Source: Rickettsiales bacterium
GTDB lineage: Bacteria > Pseudomonadota > Alphaproteobacteria > Rickettsiales > UBA998
Reading direction: 5' to 3'
NCBI GenBank assembly: GCA_965248995.1
Contig: CBDFKY010000004.1
Coordinates: forward strand, 42,178 to 106,177
DNA length: 64,000 nucleotides
Shown: positions 20,091-30,531 of the stretch, in pieces
How positions within the stretch are numbered: position 1 is the first letter of the stretch
How the letters are laid out: the number at the start of each line of letters is the position of its first letter
The notes under the pieces: model-generated
What the model saw: only the letters and a program-made list of their open reading frames with translations
Databases searched by the model: none
What the model was told of the DNA's origin: nothing
Program-made: the position numbers and the translations under genes

Positions 20091-21935
20091 CTATCTTGCA
20101 GATTTCCCGGTAATCGGCTCCGCCCCCGCCGTAATTTGTGCCAGCAGGGAAAGCGTCTGCGGTAGAACACGAGCCATAAAAAACCGCGCCGTAACAAGCT
20201 TATCCTGATAAAACGCATCCCCATGTCTTTCGCCCATAGCCGCAAGGCTCAATTTCGCCTGCCGTGCCCAGATAAACGCGAACATCACCAGCCCGAACAT
20301 CTTCAGATATTCCGTCGCCCCGGCCGCCGCCGCGTTCGGGTTGGCGATTCCTTCTTTCGCCAGCCAGAGCGTTGCCTTGCGCAGATACTCCACATGCCTG
20401 GCCAGCGGGGCGATGAATTCCTTCATCTGCGGATCGTCCCCATGCGCGTCGATAAACTCCTGCACCGGATGGAAAAACGCGCCCAGATATTCGCCGGTGT
20501 TATACGGCAGTTTGCGACCGACCAGATCCATCGCCTGCACGCCGTTGGTGCCTTCGTAGATCATGGTGATGCGCGCGTCTCTCGCATATTGCTCAATGCC
20601 GTATTCCCTGATATATCCGTAGCCGCCGAAACACTGCATCGCCAGATGCGCCGTCTCATGCCCGCCGTCCGTCAGCACCGCTTTGGTGATGGGGGTCATC
20701 AGCTGGACGAACGCGTCCGATTGTTTGCGCACCCCCGCATCCTGATGGCGGTGACTGAGATCATGGTGGAGCGCTACTTCCAGTACTAGGGCCCGGGCCG
20801 CTTCGGTGAATGCCCGCGTCGTCAGCAGCATTTTGCGCACGTCGGGATGGACGGTGATGGGGTCGGCAGGTTTATCCGGCGCGACGGCGCCTGTGAGGCT
20901 GCGTCCCTGCAGCCGTTCCGCCGTATAGGCATAAGCGTTCTGCATGGCCACTTCCGCGATGCCAAGCCCCTGTACGCCGACATACAGCCGCGCCGCGTTC
21001 ATCATGGTGAACATGGCTTTCAAGCCTTTATGCGGTTCCCCGACAAGGGTAGCCATAGCCCCGTTATATTCCATCGTGCAGGTCGAAGAGGCGTGGAGGC
21101 CCATTTTATGCTCGATCCCGGCACAGCGCAGCGCATTGGGTTCACCGAGTGAGCCGTCCTCATTCACGTGATGTTTCGAGGTCAGGAACAGGCTGATCCC
21201 TTTCACTCCGGCGGGCGCATCCGGCAGGCGGGCCAGCACCAGATGCAGGATATTTTCACTTAAATCGTGCTCGCCGGAGGAAATGAATATCTTCGTGCCG
21301 TGAAGTGTATAATAAGTGGGGGTCTTAACCCCCGCTGTCGCTCCCCTGCCGCTTCGCGCCTCGCCTTGCTCGGTTTTATCCTCAGAAATAGCAGGAATGG
21401 CTCTGGTACGGATCAGCCCCAAATCCGTGCCCGCCTGTGGTTCGGTGAGGCACATGACGCCCGTCCACTCACCGGAAATAAGCTTCGGCAGGTAACGCGC
21501 CTTCATCTCTTCGCTCAGATACGTATGCATCAGGTTATAGGCGCTGTGCGACAGGCCAGGGGTCAGGCCGAAGGACAGGTTGGCGGAACAGATCATTTCC
21601 GTCATCGGCATGTTGAGCACTTCCGGCAGGCCCTGACCTCCGTAGGCCGGATCACCGGTAAAGGCCGGCCAGCCGCCACCCACATACTGCCGGTACGCGT
21701 GCATGAACCCTTTGGGCATGGTGACCGTGTCGTCCTTATAGGTGCAGCCTTCGGTATCTCCAGAAGCGTTCAGGGGAAACAGCACGTTCTCGCAGAATTT
21801 CGCGCCTTCCTCCAGCAGCGGCTGCGCCAGTTCGCCGATCTCCGCGAAGCCTGGCACGTCCGCATAATCCTGCAGGCGCAGGTAGTCGTGGAGCAGGAAA
21901 TGGAAATCTTGCAGCGGGGCGCGGTAGGCAGGCAT
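20091..21935 (-). CDS. Acyl-CoA dehydrogenase with an in-frame insert of about 22 aa
   Basis: GVMCLTEPQAGTDLG, GTKIFISSGEHD, GISLF, EHKMGLHAS, MFTMMNAARL, GGYGY, IYEGTNGVQAMDL. Confidence 0.93.
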   Translation of the reverse strand: MPAYRAPLQDFHFLLHDYLRLQDYADVPGFAEIGELAQPLLEEGAKFCENVLFPLNASGDTEGCTYKDDTVTMPKGFMHAYRQYVGGGWPAFTGDPAYGGQGLPEVLNMPMTEMICSANLSFGLTPGLSHSAYNLMHTYLSEEMKARYLPKLISGEWTGVMCLTEPQAGTDLGLIRTRAIPAISEDKTEQGEARSGRGATAGVKTPTYYTLHGTKIFISSGEHDLSENILHLVLARLPDAPAGVKGISLFLTSKHHVNEDGSLGEPNALRCAGIEHKMGLHASSTCTMEYNGAMATLVGEPHKGLKAMFTMMNAARLYVGVQGLGIAEVAMQNAYAYTAERLQGRSLTGAVAPDKPADPITVHPDVRKMLLTTRAFTEAARALVLEVALHHDLSHRHQDAGVRKQSDAFVQLMTPITKAVLTDGGHETAHLAMQCFGGYGYIREYGIEQYARDARITMIYEGTNGVQAMDLVGRKLPYNTGEYLGAFFHPVQEFIDAHGDDPQMKEFIAPLARHVEYLRKATLWLAKEGIANPNAAAAGATEYLKMFGLVMFAFIWARQAKLSLAAMGERHGDAFYQDKLVTARFFMARVLPQTLSLLAQITAGAEPITGKSAR

Positions 21936-21984
21936 GAGCTTTCTCCTATCCCGTTATTCTACCGTACAAACCGTTCAGAAACTA

Positions 21985-22770
21985 TTAGGATTTAAGGCGC
22001 CAGCCTCTACTGAACAGGGTCTGCACCAGTACCCAGAGCACGACGTTCGTGATGCCGAGCGCGATCATGCCGGTATGGACATCCCCGTCCGAATAGCCGG
22101 TCATCGCGTAGCGGAACCCGTCGATCATGTAGAAAAACGGATTGTAGAAACTGATGGTATGCCAGAACGGCGGCAGGTGATGAATGGAATAAAACGTACC
22201 GGACAGAAAGGATAGCGGGGTGACGATGTAATTGGTGAAAGCGGAGAGCTGGTCGAACCCTTGCGCGTATATTCCTCCCAGCATGCCGAGCAGCGCCAGC
22301 ATCATGCTGGAGGCCACCACATAATAGAGGGCCAGTGCGGGTGAATGAAGAGAGAACGGGACGAACCAGGATACGGCGAGCATCACGGCGGCACCCACCG
22401 TCACGCCGCGCGTGACGGCTCCGCCGATAATGCCGAGCGTGATCTCCCACCCTTTCAGCGGCGGCATCAGCAGGTCGATGATCACGCCCTGGATTTTCGC
22501 CAGCATCAGCGAAGAGGAAGAATTAGCGAAGGAATTCTGCACCACGGCCATCATGATGAGGCCGGGTGAGATAAAGGTCGTAAACGGCAGGTCTCCGATA
22601 CGCCGGGTCTGTCCGCCCAGCGCCAGCGTCAGCACCGCCAGAAAGAGGAGGGTGGTGACAATCGGCGCGATCACCGTCTGGTTCCATACTTTGGCGAACC
22701 GCCAGACTTCGCGCTTATACACCGTGGCGACGCCGATCCAGTTCGGTGCATTGGAGGTGAGTGTGGTCAT
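21985..22770 (-). CDS. ABC-2 type transporter permease (YadH-like)
   Basis: REVWRF, PGLIMMAVVQNSFANSSSS, TPLSFLSGTFYS, NPFFYMIDGFRY, GWRLKS. Confidence 0.9.
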   Translation of the reverse strand: MTTLTSNAPNWIGVATVYKREVWRFAKVWNQTVIAPIVTTLLFLAVLTLALGGQTRRIGDLPFTTFISPGLIMMAVVQNSFANSSSSLMLAKIQGVIIDLLMPPLKGWEITLGIIGGAVTRGVTVGAAVMLAVSWFVPFSLHSPALALYYVVASSMMLALLGMLGGIYAQGFDQLSAFTNYIVTPLSFLSGTFYSIHHLPPFWHTISFYNPFFYMIDGFRYAMTGYSDGDVHTGMIALGITNVVLWVLVQTLFSRGWRLKS

Positions 22771-23282
22771 TGGATTACCGCTATATCAGATATTCTATTA
22801 ATCGCAATAAAGCATCTTATAGAATGTAAGCAATTCCAAATTCATTATGTTGAAACAATCATATGTTAAGTTAGTTAGGAAGGTAACAAATTTATGCGGT
22901 CATCGCCATGAAAACCATAACTGAAGCTGCATTTCAGGCATTAAAAAACAATGATCCTGACATAGAAAATTATCCGGCTCAATCTTTGTTGAAAGAGCAT
23001 GATGTGATGCACCTAGTGTCCCATCCGGCGTTTGATGGGGATTTAACCAAAGTGCCCGCTTTTATCGGAACAAGTCTTCATGATGAGGTGCTGGTTCAGA
23101 TAACTCAGAGAGTTTTGCTTGATTCCAGAGCGATCTATGACTCGGATGGAAGCGTCATTGGTCTCATTCCACTACATCAGAAAGATGAATTTAAAGATGA
23201 GCATGAGGTCACGGTATCGCAACATCCGTTGACTATCGATGAAATGCGAAGCTGGTTAGTCATTTTTTTAGAGATGCAGCTA

Positions 23283-24243
23283 TAGCCACTAGCGAAGGGT
23301 TAGTTTTGGAGGTATAATTTTTGGCATAAAGGAGATTTTATGCCAAAACCCTATAGTGAAGATTTGCGTATCCGTGTAGTGCTGACCTACCGTTCTGGGG
23401 TTGGAGCGAGCGAGGTGGCAGAGCAGTTTGGGGTGAGTATCCCGTGTGTATATCGGTGGGATAAGATATTGCAAGAGACAGGTGAGGTGCATCCGCTATA
23501 CAAGGTGCATGACCGCAGCGTAATTACGGATGACGAGGCGTTTCTTACTTTTGTGAAGGTACATACGCATAGTACACTTGCACAGATGGCGGCAGCGTGG
23601 GAAGGTGGGGTGAGCGTGTTTGTTATCAGCCGTAAGCTGAAGAAGCTAGGGGTTACGCGTAAAAAAAGACCTATGGCTACTGCGAGCGTGACGAAGCAAA
23701 GCGGGCAGAGTTTAGCTGCGCAGCCCTACGGGTCTGAGGCTACTTGAAGCGATACCTAAAGAGCAGCGCGTATGGGTAGATGAGACAGGACTGGACGTAA
23801 ACGAGCCCTATCCTTATGGCTGGAGCGCAAGTGGCGAACGTTGCCATGCACGGAAATCAGGCGGCAAAAAGGAACGCATCAGCATCATTTCAGGATTACA
23901 AAACGGCGAACTCATGGCTCCCTGCTGGTTGAAGGGCTATACCGATGCCAACAGCTTCAACGCCTGGATTAAAGGCCACCTTCTGCCAACACTGAAAGAA
24001 GGCATGACTATCATCATGGACAATGCACGCTTCCATAAATCACCACAAACGAAAGAACTGATCGAAGCGGCAGGATGTACCTTGTTGTTCCTACCTCCAT
24101 ACTCACCCGATCTCAACCCAATAGAACACAGATGGTTCCCGCTCAAAAATCAAGCCAGAAAAATACTCCAGACCTTCACCTGCCTCACCTCAGCAATAGA
24201 AGCTGCTATCCTTGCCTCATAACCAACCCTTCGCTAGTGGCTA
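23283..24243 (+). mobile_element. IS630-family insertion sequence, 961 bp
   Basis: Terminal inverted repeats TAGCCACTAGCGAAGGGTT / AACCCTTCGCTAGTGGCTA; TA duplicated at 23281-82 and 24244-45; empty site reads CTAG. Confidence 0.95.
23340..24222 (+). pseudogene. IS630 transposase (orfA/orfB with a -1 slippery site), disrupted by an extra 20-bp insert
   Basis: MPKPYSEDLR HTH; AAAAAAAG at 23661-23668; VWVDETG, IIMDNARFH, LPPYSPDLNPIE (DDE). Confidence 0.88.
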
Positions 24244-24612
24244 TAGAATTCCAAGGCCATGATATGCGATTGCAAAAAGAAGTATGTGGTGAAACGAAAA
24301 TCCCTGTTTCTGACCAAGCGATTGAATATTATATGGTTCGTGCCGATTTGATTAAGCGGCAACTGGCGGCGGCAGGGCATGGCCCGGAAGATTTGACAAG
24401 TGAAAAAACAATGAGATGACTCCAACATTATTCGTCGTGCCTAAAGAACATGTGATAGCGGCATTGGAAACCAAACATTGCAATGAAGGCGAACGTTTCA
24501 GCCTCAAAACATCCGTGAATCCTTCAAACAAAACATCACTCAATACCGCTCGCTATGATGGCACTACTTTAGGGAAGCCCGCAGCTTTAAACAGATAAAG
24601 AGTAATTTTGTT

Positions 24613-25635
24613 TTACGCCGCATTCCGCTGTTGCAACTGCCCACTCAAATACCGCGCCACTTCCAGCATCCGGCAGGAGAAACCCCATTCATTATCGTAC
24701 CAGGAGGCGATCCTTCCCAGCGTTCCGTCGATGACATAAATGGAAGTGGCGTCCACGATGCTGCTGTGCGGATTATGGGTATAGTCGATCGATACCAGCG
24801 GTTCGTGGCTGACTTCCATCACCCCTTTCATCGCGCCTGCCGCCGCTTTCTCGCAGGCGGCCAGAATGGTTTCTTTCGTAATCACCTTGTTGGCGTTGAA
24901 GACGAGGTCGACGATGGACACGTTCGGAGTAGGGACGCGGATGGCGGTACCATCCAGTTTGCCGTTCAGTTCGGGAAGGACCGCGCCGAGCGCTTTGGCC
25001 GCGCCGGTAGAGGTCGGGATCATCGACATGGCAGCCGCACGGGCGCGGCGCAGGTCGGCATGGCCGGCATCAACGATGTTCTGGTCATTGGTGTAGGAAT
25101 GGACGGTCGTCATGAATCCGCTTTTAATGCCGAACTCGTCATTGAGCACTTTCGCCAGCGGTGCCAGGCAGTTCGTCGTGCAGGAACCGTTGGAAATGAT
25201 CTGGTCGTCCGGGGTCACGGTGGCGTGGTTGACGCCGAAAACCACCGTTTTCATGGCGTCCTTGGCGGGCGCGGAGAGGATGACCCGTTTCGCGCCGCCC
25301 TTGATGTGCGCGGTGCAGGCTTCCGTGGAGGTGAACAGGCCGGTGCATTCGAGAACGATATCCACGCCGAATTTGTCCCAGCCGATTTCTGCGGGATTAC
25401 GGACCTGCGTCACTTCGAACTTCTGGCGACCGAAATGGATGTGGTTGTTATGCGGATGTACGTCGCCCGAAAAGCGGCCGTGCACGGAGTCATATTTAAG
25501 CAAGTGCACCAGGCTGTCGATCGGCGTCAGGTCGTTGACGGCGGCCACCTTGATGTCCGAATAGCCCTGCTCTTCCAATGCGCGCAACACGCCGCGTCCG
25601 ATACGTCCCAGTCCGTTAATGCCGATGGTCACCAT
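24613..25635 (-). CDS. gap: Glyceraldehyde-3-phosphate dehydrogenase type I
   Basis: GINGLGRIGR, SCTTNCLAP, PTSTGAAKA, RVPTPNVS, WYDNEWGFS. Confidence 0.97.
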   Translation of the reverse strand: MVTIGINGLGRIGRGVLRALEEQGYSDIKVAAVNDLTPIDSLVHLLKYDSVHGRFSGDVHPHNNHIHFGRQKFEVTQVRNPAEIGWDKFGVDIVLECTGLFTSTEACTAHIKGGAKRVILSAPAKDAMKTVVFGVNHATVTPDDQIISNGSCTTNCLAPLAKVLNDEFGIKSGFMTTVHSYTNDQNIVDAGHADLRRARAAAMSMIPTSTGAAKALGAVLPELNGKLDGTAIRVPTPNVSIVDLVFNANKVITKETILAACEKAAAGAMKGVMEVSHEPLVSIDYTHNPHSSIVDATSIYVIDGTLGRIASWYDNEWGFSCRMLEVARYLSGQLQQRNAA

Positions 25636-25708
25636 AATCCTGCTCCTTGTTATTTTCTGCGGTTTTTATAGCGCCGGACGCCGCCCAAGTCCAGGGATTT
25701 TCAACGCC

Positions 25709-26878
<1,170 letters not shown>

Positions 26879-26979
26879 CTAGAGTAAGGCGGCATGCATA
26901 TTCCAAGGCAGACAGGCGCATCATTGCATCTTTATGCCCTAGGTATGTTCAACTCTTTTCAGCGCCCGGGAAAAACAGA

Positions 26980-27615
26980 ATGACATCACCTGAGATACTC
27001 TCTCTTGAAAACGCCACTACCCTGAACGTCATGCGGTTCAACGCCGTCGGCAGCCACAAGGCGGCGATACTGCCTTTTTATTTCGCGAACGACCAACCGC
27101 GTTATGTGGTATACGCCCCCGTACCGCAGCATGAAGGCGAGCACGGCAAGCTGCTGCCCTACCAGATCGCCCGGGGGACGATTCAGTCGGAATATCGGCT
27201 GGACGGCAAAACCTTCCGACAGGATATCGGCAGGGGGAGAGCGCCGGAAAAAGCGGAGTGGATGCGTGACGAATCCCCTGCGGAAGCGGCGCTCCGGGAA
27301 GCGCATGAAGAGGTGGGACTGCCGGGCGAGCATATCCGGACCTTATATGATTGCGGAAAACTTCCCTACCAGAATCCGCGCGGCGTCGTCTACAGCCTGA
27401 GGGTATTCCTGGCGCATATCCTCGGCCCGCAGGCGCTGGCATTTCCCGATCCTTACGCCTGTGCGGCCCGCCTCGACGCCCTGACGCTGGAGCAGGCCCG
27501 CACCCTGGCGCTGATTCCAGAGCGGGACACGACGTTTGAGACACGGCCTTTCAAGCCTTCCTATCTCACATTGCTGGAAGCGCTGCATGAAACGGTGCAG
27601 CGTTATTGCCGGTAA
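26980..27615 (+). CDS. NUDIX hydrolase domain protein
   Basis: ESPAEAALREAHEEVGL Nudix box. Confidence 0.75.
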   Translation: MTSPEILSLENATTLNVMRFNAVGSHKAAILPFYFANDQPRYVVYAPVPQHEGEHGKLLPYQIARGTIQSEYRLDGKTFRQDIGRGRAPEKAEWMRDESPAEAALREAHEEVGLPGEHIRTLYDCGKLPYQNPRGVVYSLRVFLAHILGPQALAFPDPYACAARLDALTLEQARTLALIPERDTTFETRPFKPSYLTLLEALHETVQRYCR

Positions 27616-27669
27616 CGCATGGATTTCCAGGAAACTAAAAAGATTCAGGTATCAATTTTTCAATCAACG

Positions 27670-28251
27670 TTATTTCTGATTGACGGGTAAAGCGATCACC
27701 GGCGGTATGATCCGCTCGGGCGCACGCATGGTCTGAGGGGTTTCCATGTCCGATACGCTCATGCGCGGCACCAGATTTATCCTGCCGAGCATTGACTGCA
27801 TGGGGTTCTCGATCATACCGGATTTCCGGTCCTCTATGCCGAATGCGCCGATTTCCAGATTGATGCCGTCACGATGCAGGCGCTGTAAAAACATATTTCT
27901 CGGATTATCACTCGGATATTGGTTATCGAGCATCGCTTTCATTTCCGGCCTATGAAAATCTTTGTAATCTTTTGCCAGCGCATCCACCCCTCCAATCATG
28001 TGGACGTACGCGCCATGCAAAATTACGATGCCCGCCCCTGGATGATTCGTTTCCGCTTCCGCAATCCGGCTGGTGATTTCTTTGAAGCTTGTCGTGTCGC
28101 GAGAGATGGTCCCCGGCTTCGCTTCTTTGACCGCAGCTTCATAAAGCTTTCTGGTAACAGGGTCGGATAAATCGTAGATTTCGTTACTGCCAGCCTTGAT
28201 CGCCAGTGCTGAAAACTGTTCGACATCTTTGCTGGAGAACGAATCTGCCAT
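27670..28251 (-). CDS. Orphan hypothetical protein
   Basis: 193-aa ORF filling the gap between the NUDIX and ceramidase genes; no recognisable motif. Confidence 0.6.
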   Translation of the reverse strand: MADSFSSKDVEQFSALAIKAGSNEIYDLSDPVTRKLYEAAVKEAKPGTISRDTTSFKEITSRIAEAETNHPGAGIVILHGAYVHMIGGVDALAKDYKDFHRPEMKAMLDNQYPSDNPRNMFLQRLHRDGINLEIGAFGIEDRKSGMIENPMQSMLGRINLVPRMSVSDMETPQTMRAPERIIPPVIALPVNQK

Positions 28252-28422
28252 AAAGTTTTATCTCATGCTTGAAATGCCTAACTGCTGTAATCCGTAGATA
28301 CCCTATTTTACAGCAACCATATTTAACAAGTCGATAAAATAATTATGTTAAGCACGGGTTCGATATTCATAAAAGAAACATTTTTTAACAAAATGATCAT
28401 ATTTATGCTATAATGCTTATAT

Positions 28423-29124
28423 ATGGGAGAGCCGCTGCTGGTACATGCATACGAAGTGTGTGAACGTCACGGCCCGGGCATGTTCGCTGAACCGCTTAAT
28501 CTTTTTACGAATGTCGGTTTTATCGGCGTCGCGGTCACGCTTTTCTGCCATTACCGCGCTCATGCCGACCTGAAAGGCATGAAGATTTATGATATTCACG
28601 TGCTCACCTTCCTGGTCTTCTGCATCGGGGTGAGCAGCGCCACCTTCCATATGTTTCCGAGCCCCGCTACCGAACTGATTGATATCGCCTCCATCGTACT
28701 GTTCATCAATCTGTTTTTTCTAAGCACGATGGTGCGCATCATCCGATGTAACTGGGTGCAAACGGCGGTATGCTATATGGCTTTCGCGGGCTTCACGAAT
28801 ATTCTGGTCACGCATTTCCCGGGGGCGCTCAACGATTCGATCGCCTACCTCTCCACCATGACGACGCTGATCATCATCGCGTTTTATCTCAACATCAAAC
28901 GCCGCGCTACGGCACGCATGTTCCTGGTGGCGGCGCTGATCGGCGTGGTGTCGCTGTTTTTCCGTTCCATCGACAGGGCGGTCTGCGCCCAGATTCCGAT
29001 AGGTACCCATTTCCTGTGGCATAGCTGTAACGCGCTGCTGATCTACATCCTGATGCGGCAGCTGATCCGCAATGTCAACCGCCGCGCCCGCATGCTGCGC
29101 GATGCCAACCAGTATTTCGCCTGA
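28423..29124 (+). CDS. Ceramidase-domain (CREST superfamily) membrane protein
   Basis: CER..PG..AEPLN..TN, SSATFH (SxxxH), conserved Asp, GTHFLWH (HxxxH); about 7 TM helices. Confidence 0.8.
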   Translation: MGEPLLVHAYEVCERHGPGMFAEPLNLFTNVGFIGVAVTLFCHYRAHADLKGMKIYDIHVLTFLVFCIGVSSATFHMFPSPATELIDIASIVLFINLFFLSTMVRIIRCNWVQTAVCYMAFAGFTNILVTHFPGALNDSIAYLSTMTTLIIIAFYLNIKRRATARMFLVAALIGVVSLFFRSIDRAVCAQIPIGTHFLWHSCNALLIYILMRQLIRNVNRRARMLRDANQYFA

Positions 29125-29217
29125 GCGAAATGACGGGCGTCTCTTTGCGATGCCCAAATAGAAATCCCGCTTGAACTTGGCCGCGGACTTCGCTACACAC
29201 ATGACTCACCGCATTGT

Positions 29218-29291
29218 TGGGGTATGGCCAAGCGGTAAGGCAACGGTTTTTGGTACCGTCATCCCAGGTTCGAATCCTGGTACCCCAGCCA
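29218..29291 (+). tRNA. tRNA-Gln (TTG)
   Basis: Acceptor TGGGGTA/TACCCCA, anticodon arm ACGGT-TT-TTG-GT-ACCGT, GGTTCGAATCC, CCA. Confidence 0.96.
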
Positions 29292-29551
29292 TCTGTATTT
29301 AAAAAGAATTTTTATGGATCCCCCTTCAAATGCCATGTGCCGGTCATCCGTCATCAGGGTTTGATACTAACCTCAAAGAAATGTTGAAAATCTCTTGGCA
29401 CATGCAATCCTTATGTCTGTCATGCAAACAAACATTTAAAAAGCGATTTTAATTATTTTAATTTGGCGATGGTTAACGAAAATATTCAGCATTTAAAGTC
29501 TTGGGTTTTTTAGTTTCTATCATTTTTAACTTACTTCAAGGGTATTTTTTT

Positions 29552-30454
29552 ATGTTTATGCACAATAAGCAATTGATGTATACTGTTCATGTGGGCGAAA
29601 CCGATCCACGCATGGCGAATCTCATTCTTGAGCAATTCGGCGGTGCGGACGGGGAACTGGCCGCCGCGATGCGTTATTTCACCCAAGGGCTGGTGGAAGT
29701 CGATCCTGGCCGTAAAGATCTGCTTCTTGATATTGCGACAGAAGAACTAAGCCATCTGGAAGTCGTCGGCAATCTCATTTCCATGCTGAATCGCGGCAAC
29801 CGGAGCGCGATTGCGGAAGGAGAAGAGACCGCGGATGTTCTCTCTACCATGACGCAGGGGAATTGCGACAGCCATGTCACCTCGCTGCTCTACGGCGCAG
29901 GCGTTCCCCTGACCAACTCCGCAGGTTTCCCATGGACGGCGACGTACGTGGATTCGCGCACTGAACCCACCGCCGATTTCCGATCCAACATCGCCGCCGA
30001 AGCCCGCGCCAAGATTATTTATGAGCGGCTCATCAATCTGACCGATGATCCGGGCGTGAAGGACGCGCTCACCTTCCTGATGACACGGGAAATCGCCCAC
30101 CAGAAATCGTTCGAGAAAGCGCTCTATGCGATCAAGGAAAACTTCCCCTCAGGCAAATTGCCCGGGAATCCTGAGTTCACCGATAAATATTACAAACTTT
30201 CGCAAGGGATCGGAGAAATGCGTGGACCGTGGAATGAGGGTGAGCAATGGGAATATGTTGACAAGCATGACGATCAAATGGCCGTCGACGGGGGTGACGG
30301 AAAGGCAAGCGTCGACTTGACGGAACAGGAACGCATGACGGAAGCGAAGCTGGCCAAACGGACCGAATCAAATCCCGAAGGTGATCCTACTACCGGAGCC
30401 GATCTCGGGGCCGGACCGGGAGCGGGTGCGACGAAACCGTTATTAGCTGCTTAA
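29552..30454 (+). CDS. Manganese catalase
   Basis: LEQFGGADGELAAAMRY, DIATEELSHLE, NIAAEARA, MTREIAHQKSFEKAL. Confidence 0.93.
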   Translation: MFMHNKQLMYTVHVGETDPRMANLILEQFGGADGELAAAMRYFTQGLVEVDPGRKDLLLDIATEELSHLEVVGNLISMLNRGNRSAIAEGEETADVLSTMTQGNCDSHVTSLLYGAGVPLTNSAGFPWTATYVDSRTEPTADFRSNIAAEARAKIIYERLINLTDDPGVKDALTFLMTREIAHQKSFEKALYAIKENFPSGKLPGNPEFTDKYYKLSQGIGEMRGPWNEGEQWEYVDKHDDQMAVDGGDGKASVDLTEQERMTEAKLAKRTESNPEGDPTTGADLGAGPGAGATKPLLAA

Positions 30455-30456
30455 AG

Positions 30457-30491
30457 AATAGCCGGGGCTTTTTATCAAGGCCTCGGCTATT
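30457..30491 (+). terminator. Hairpin after Mn catalase
   Basis: AATAGCCGGGGC...GCCTCGGCTATT. Confidence 0.6.
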
Positions 30492-30531
30492 GCTCTTTTA
30501 CCATGCATTCATTTCCTTAAGGATAGCCTTT

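Larger units (their letters stand above)
22908..24419 (+). pseudogene. Orphan gene (182 aa when reconstructed) interrupted by IS630
   Basis: Removing the IS and one TA joins ...EMQL (23282) in frame to EFQGHDMR...EKTMR* (24246-24419). Confidence 0.8.

Noticed and set aside
24416-24598. 60-aa ORF overlapping the end of the IS-interrupted gene
   Set aside because: The ATGA overlap is suggestive, but it is short with no motif; insufficient to call.
29395-29411. Sigma54-like TGGCAC upstream of Mn catalase
   Set aside because: The -12 position reads CC rather than the invariant GC.
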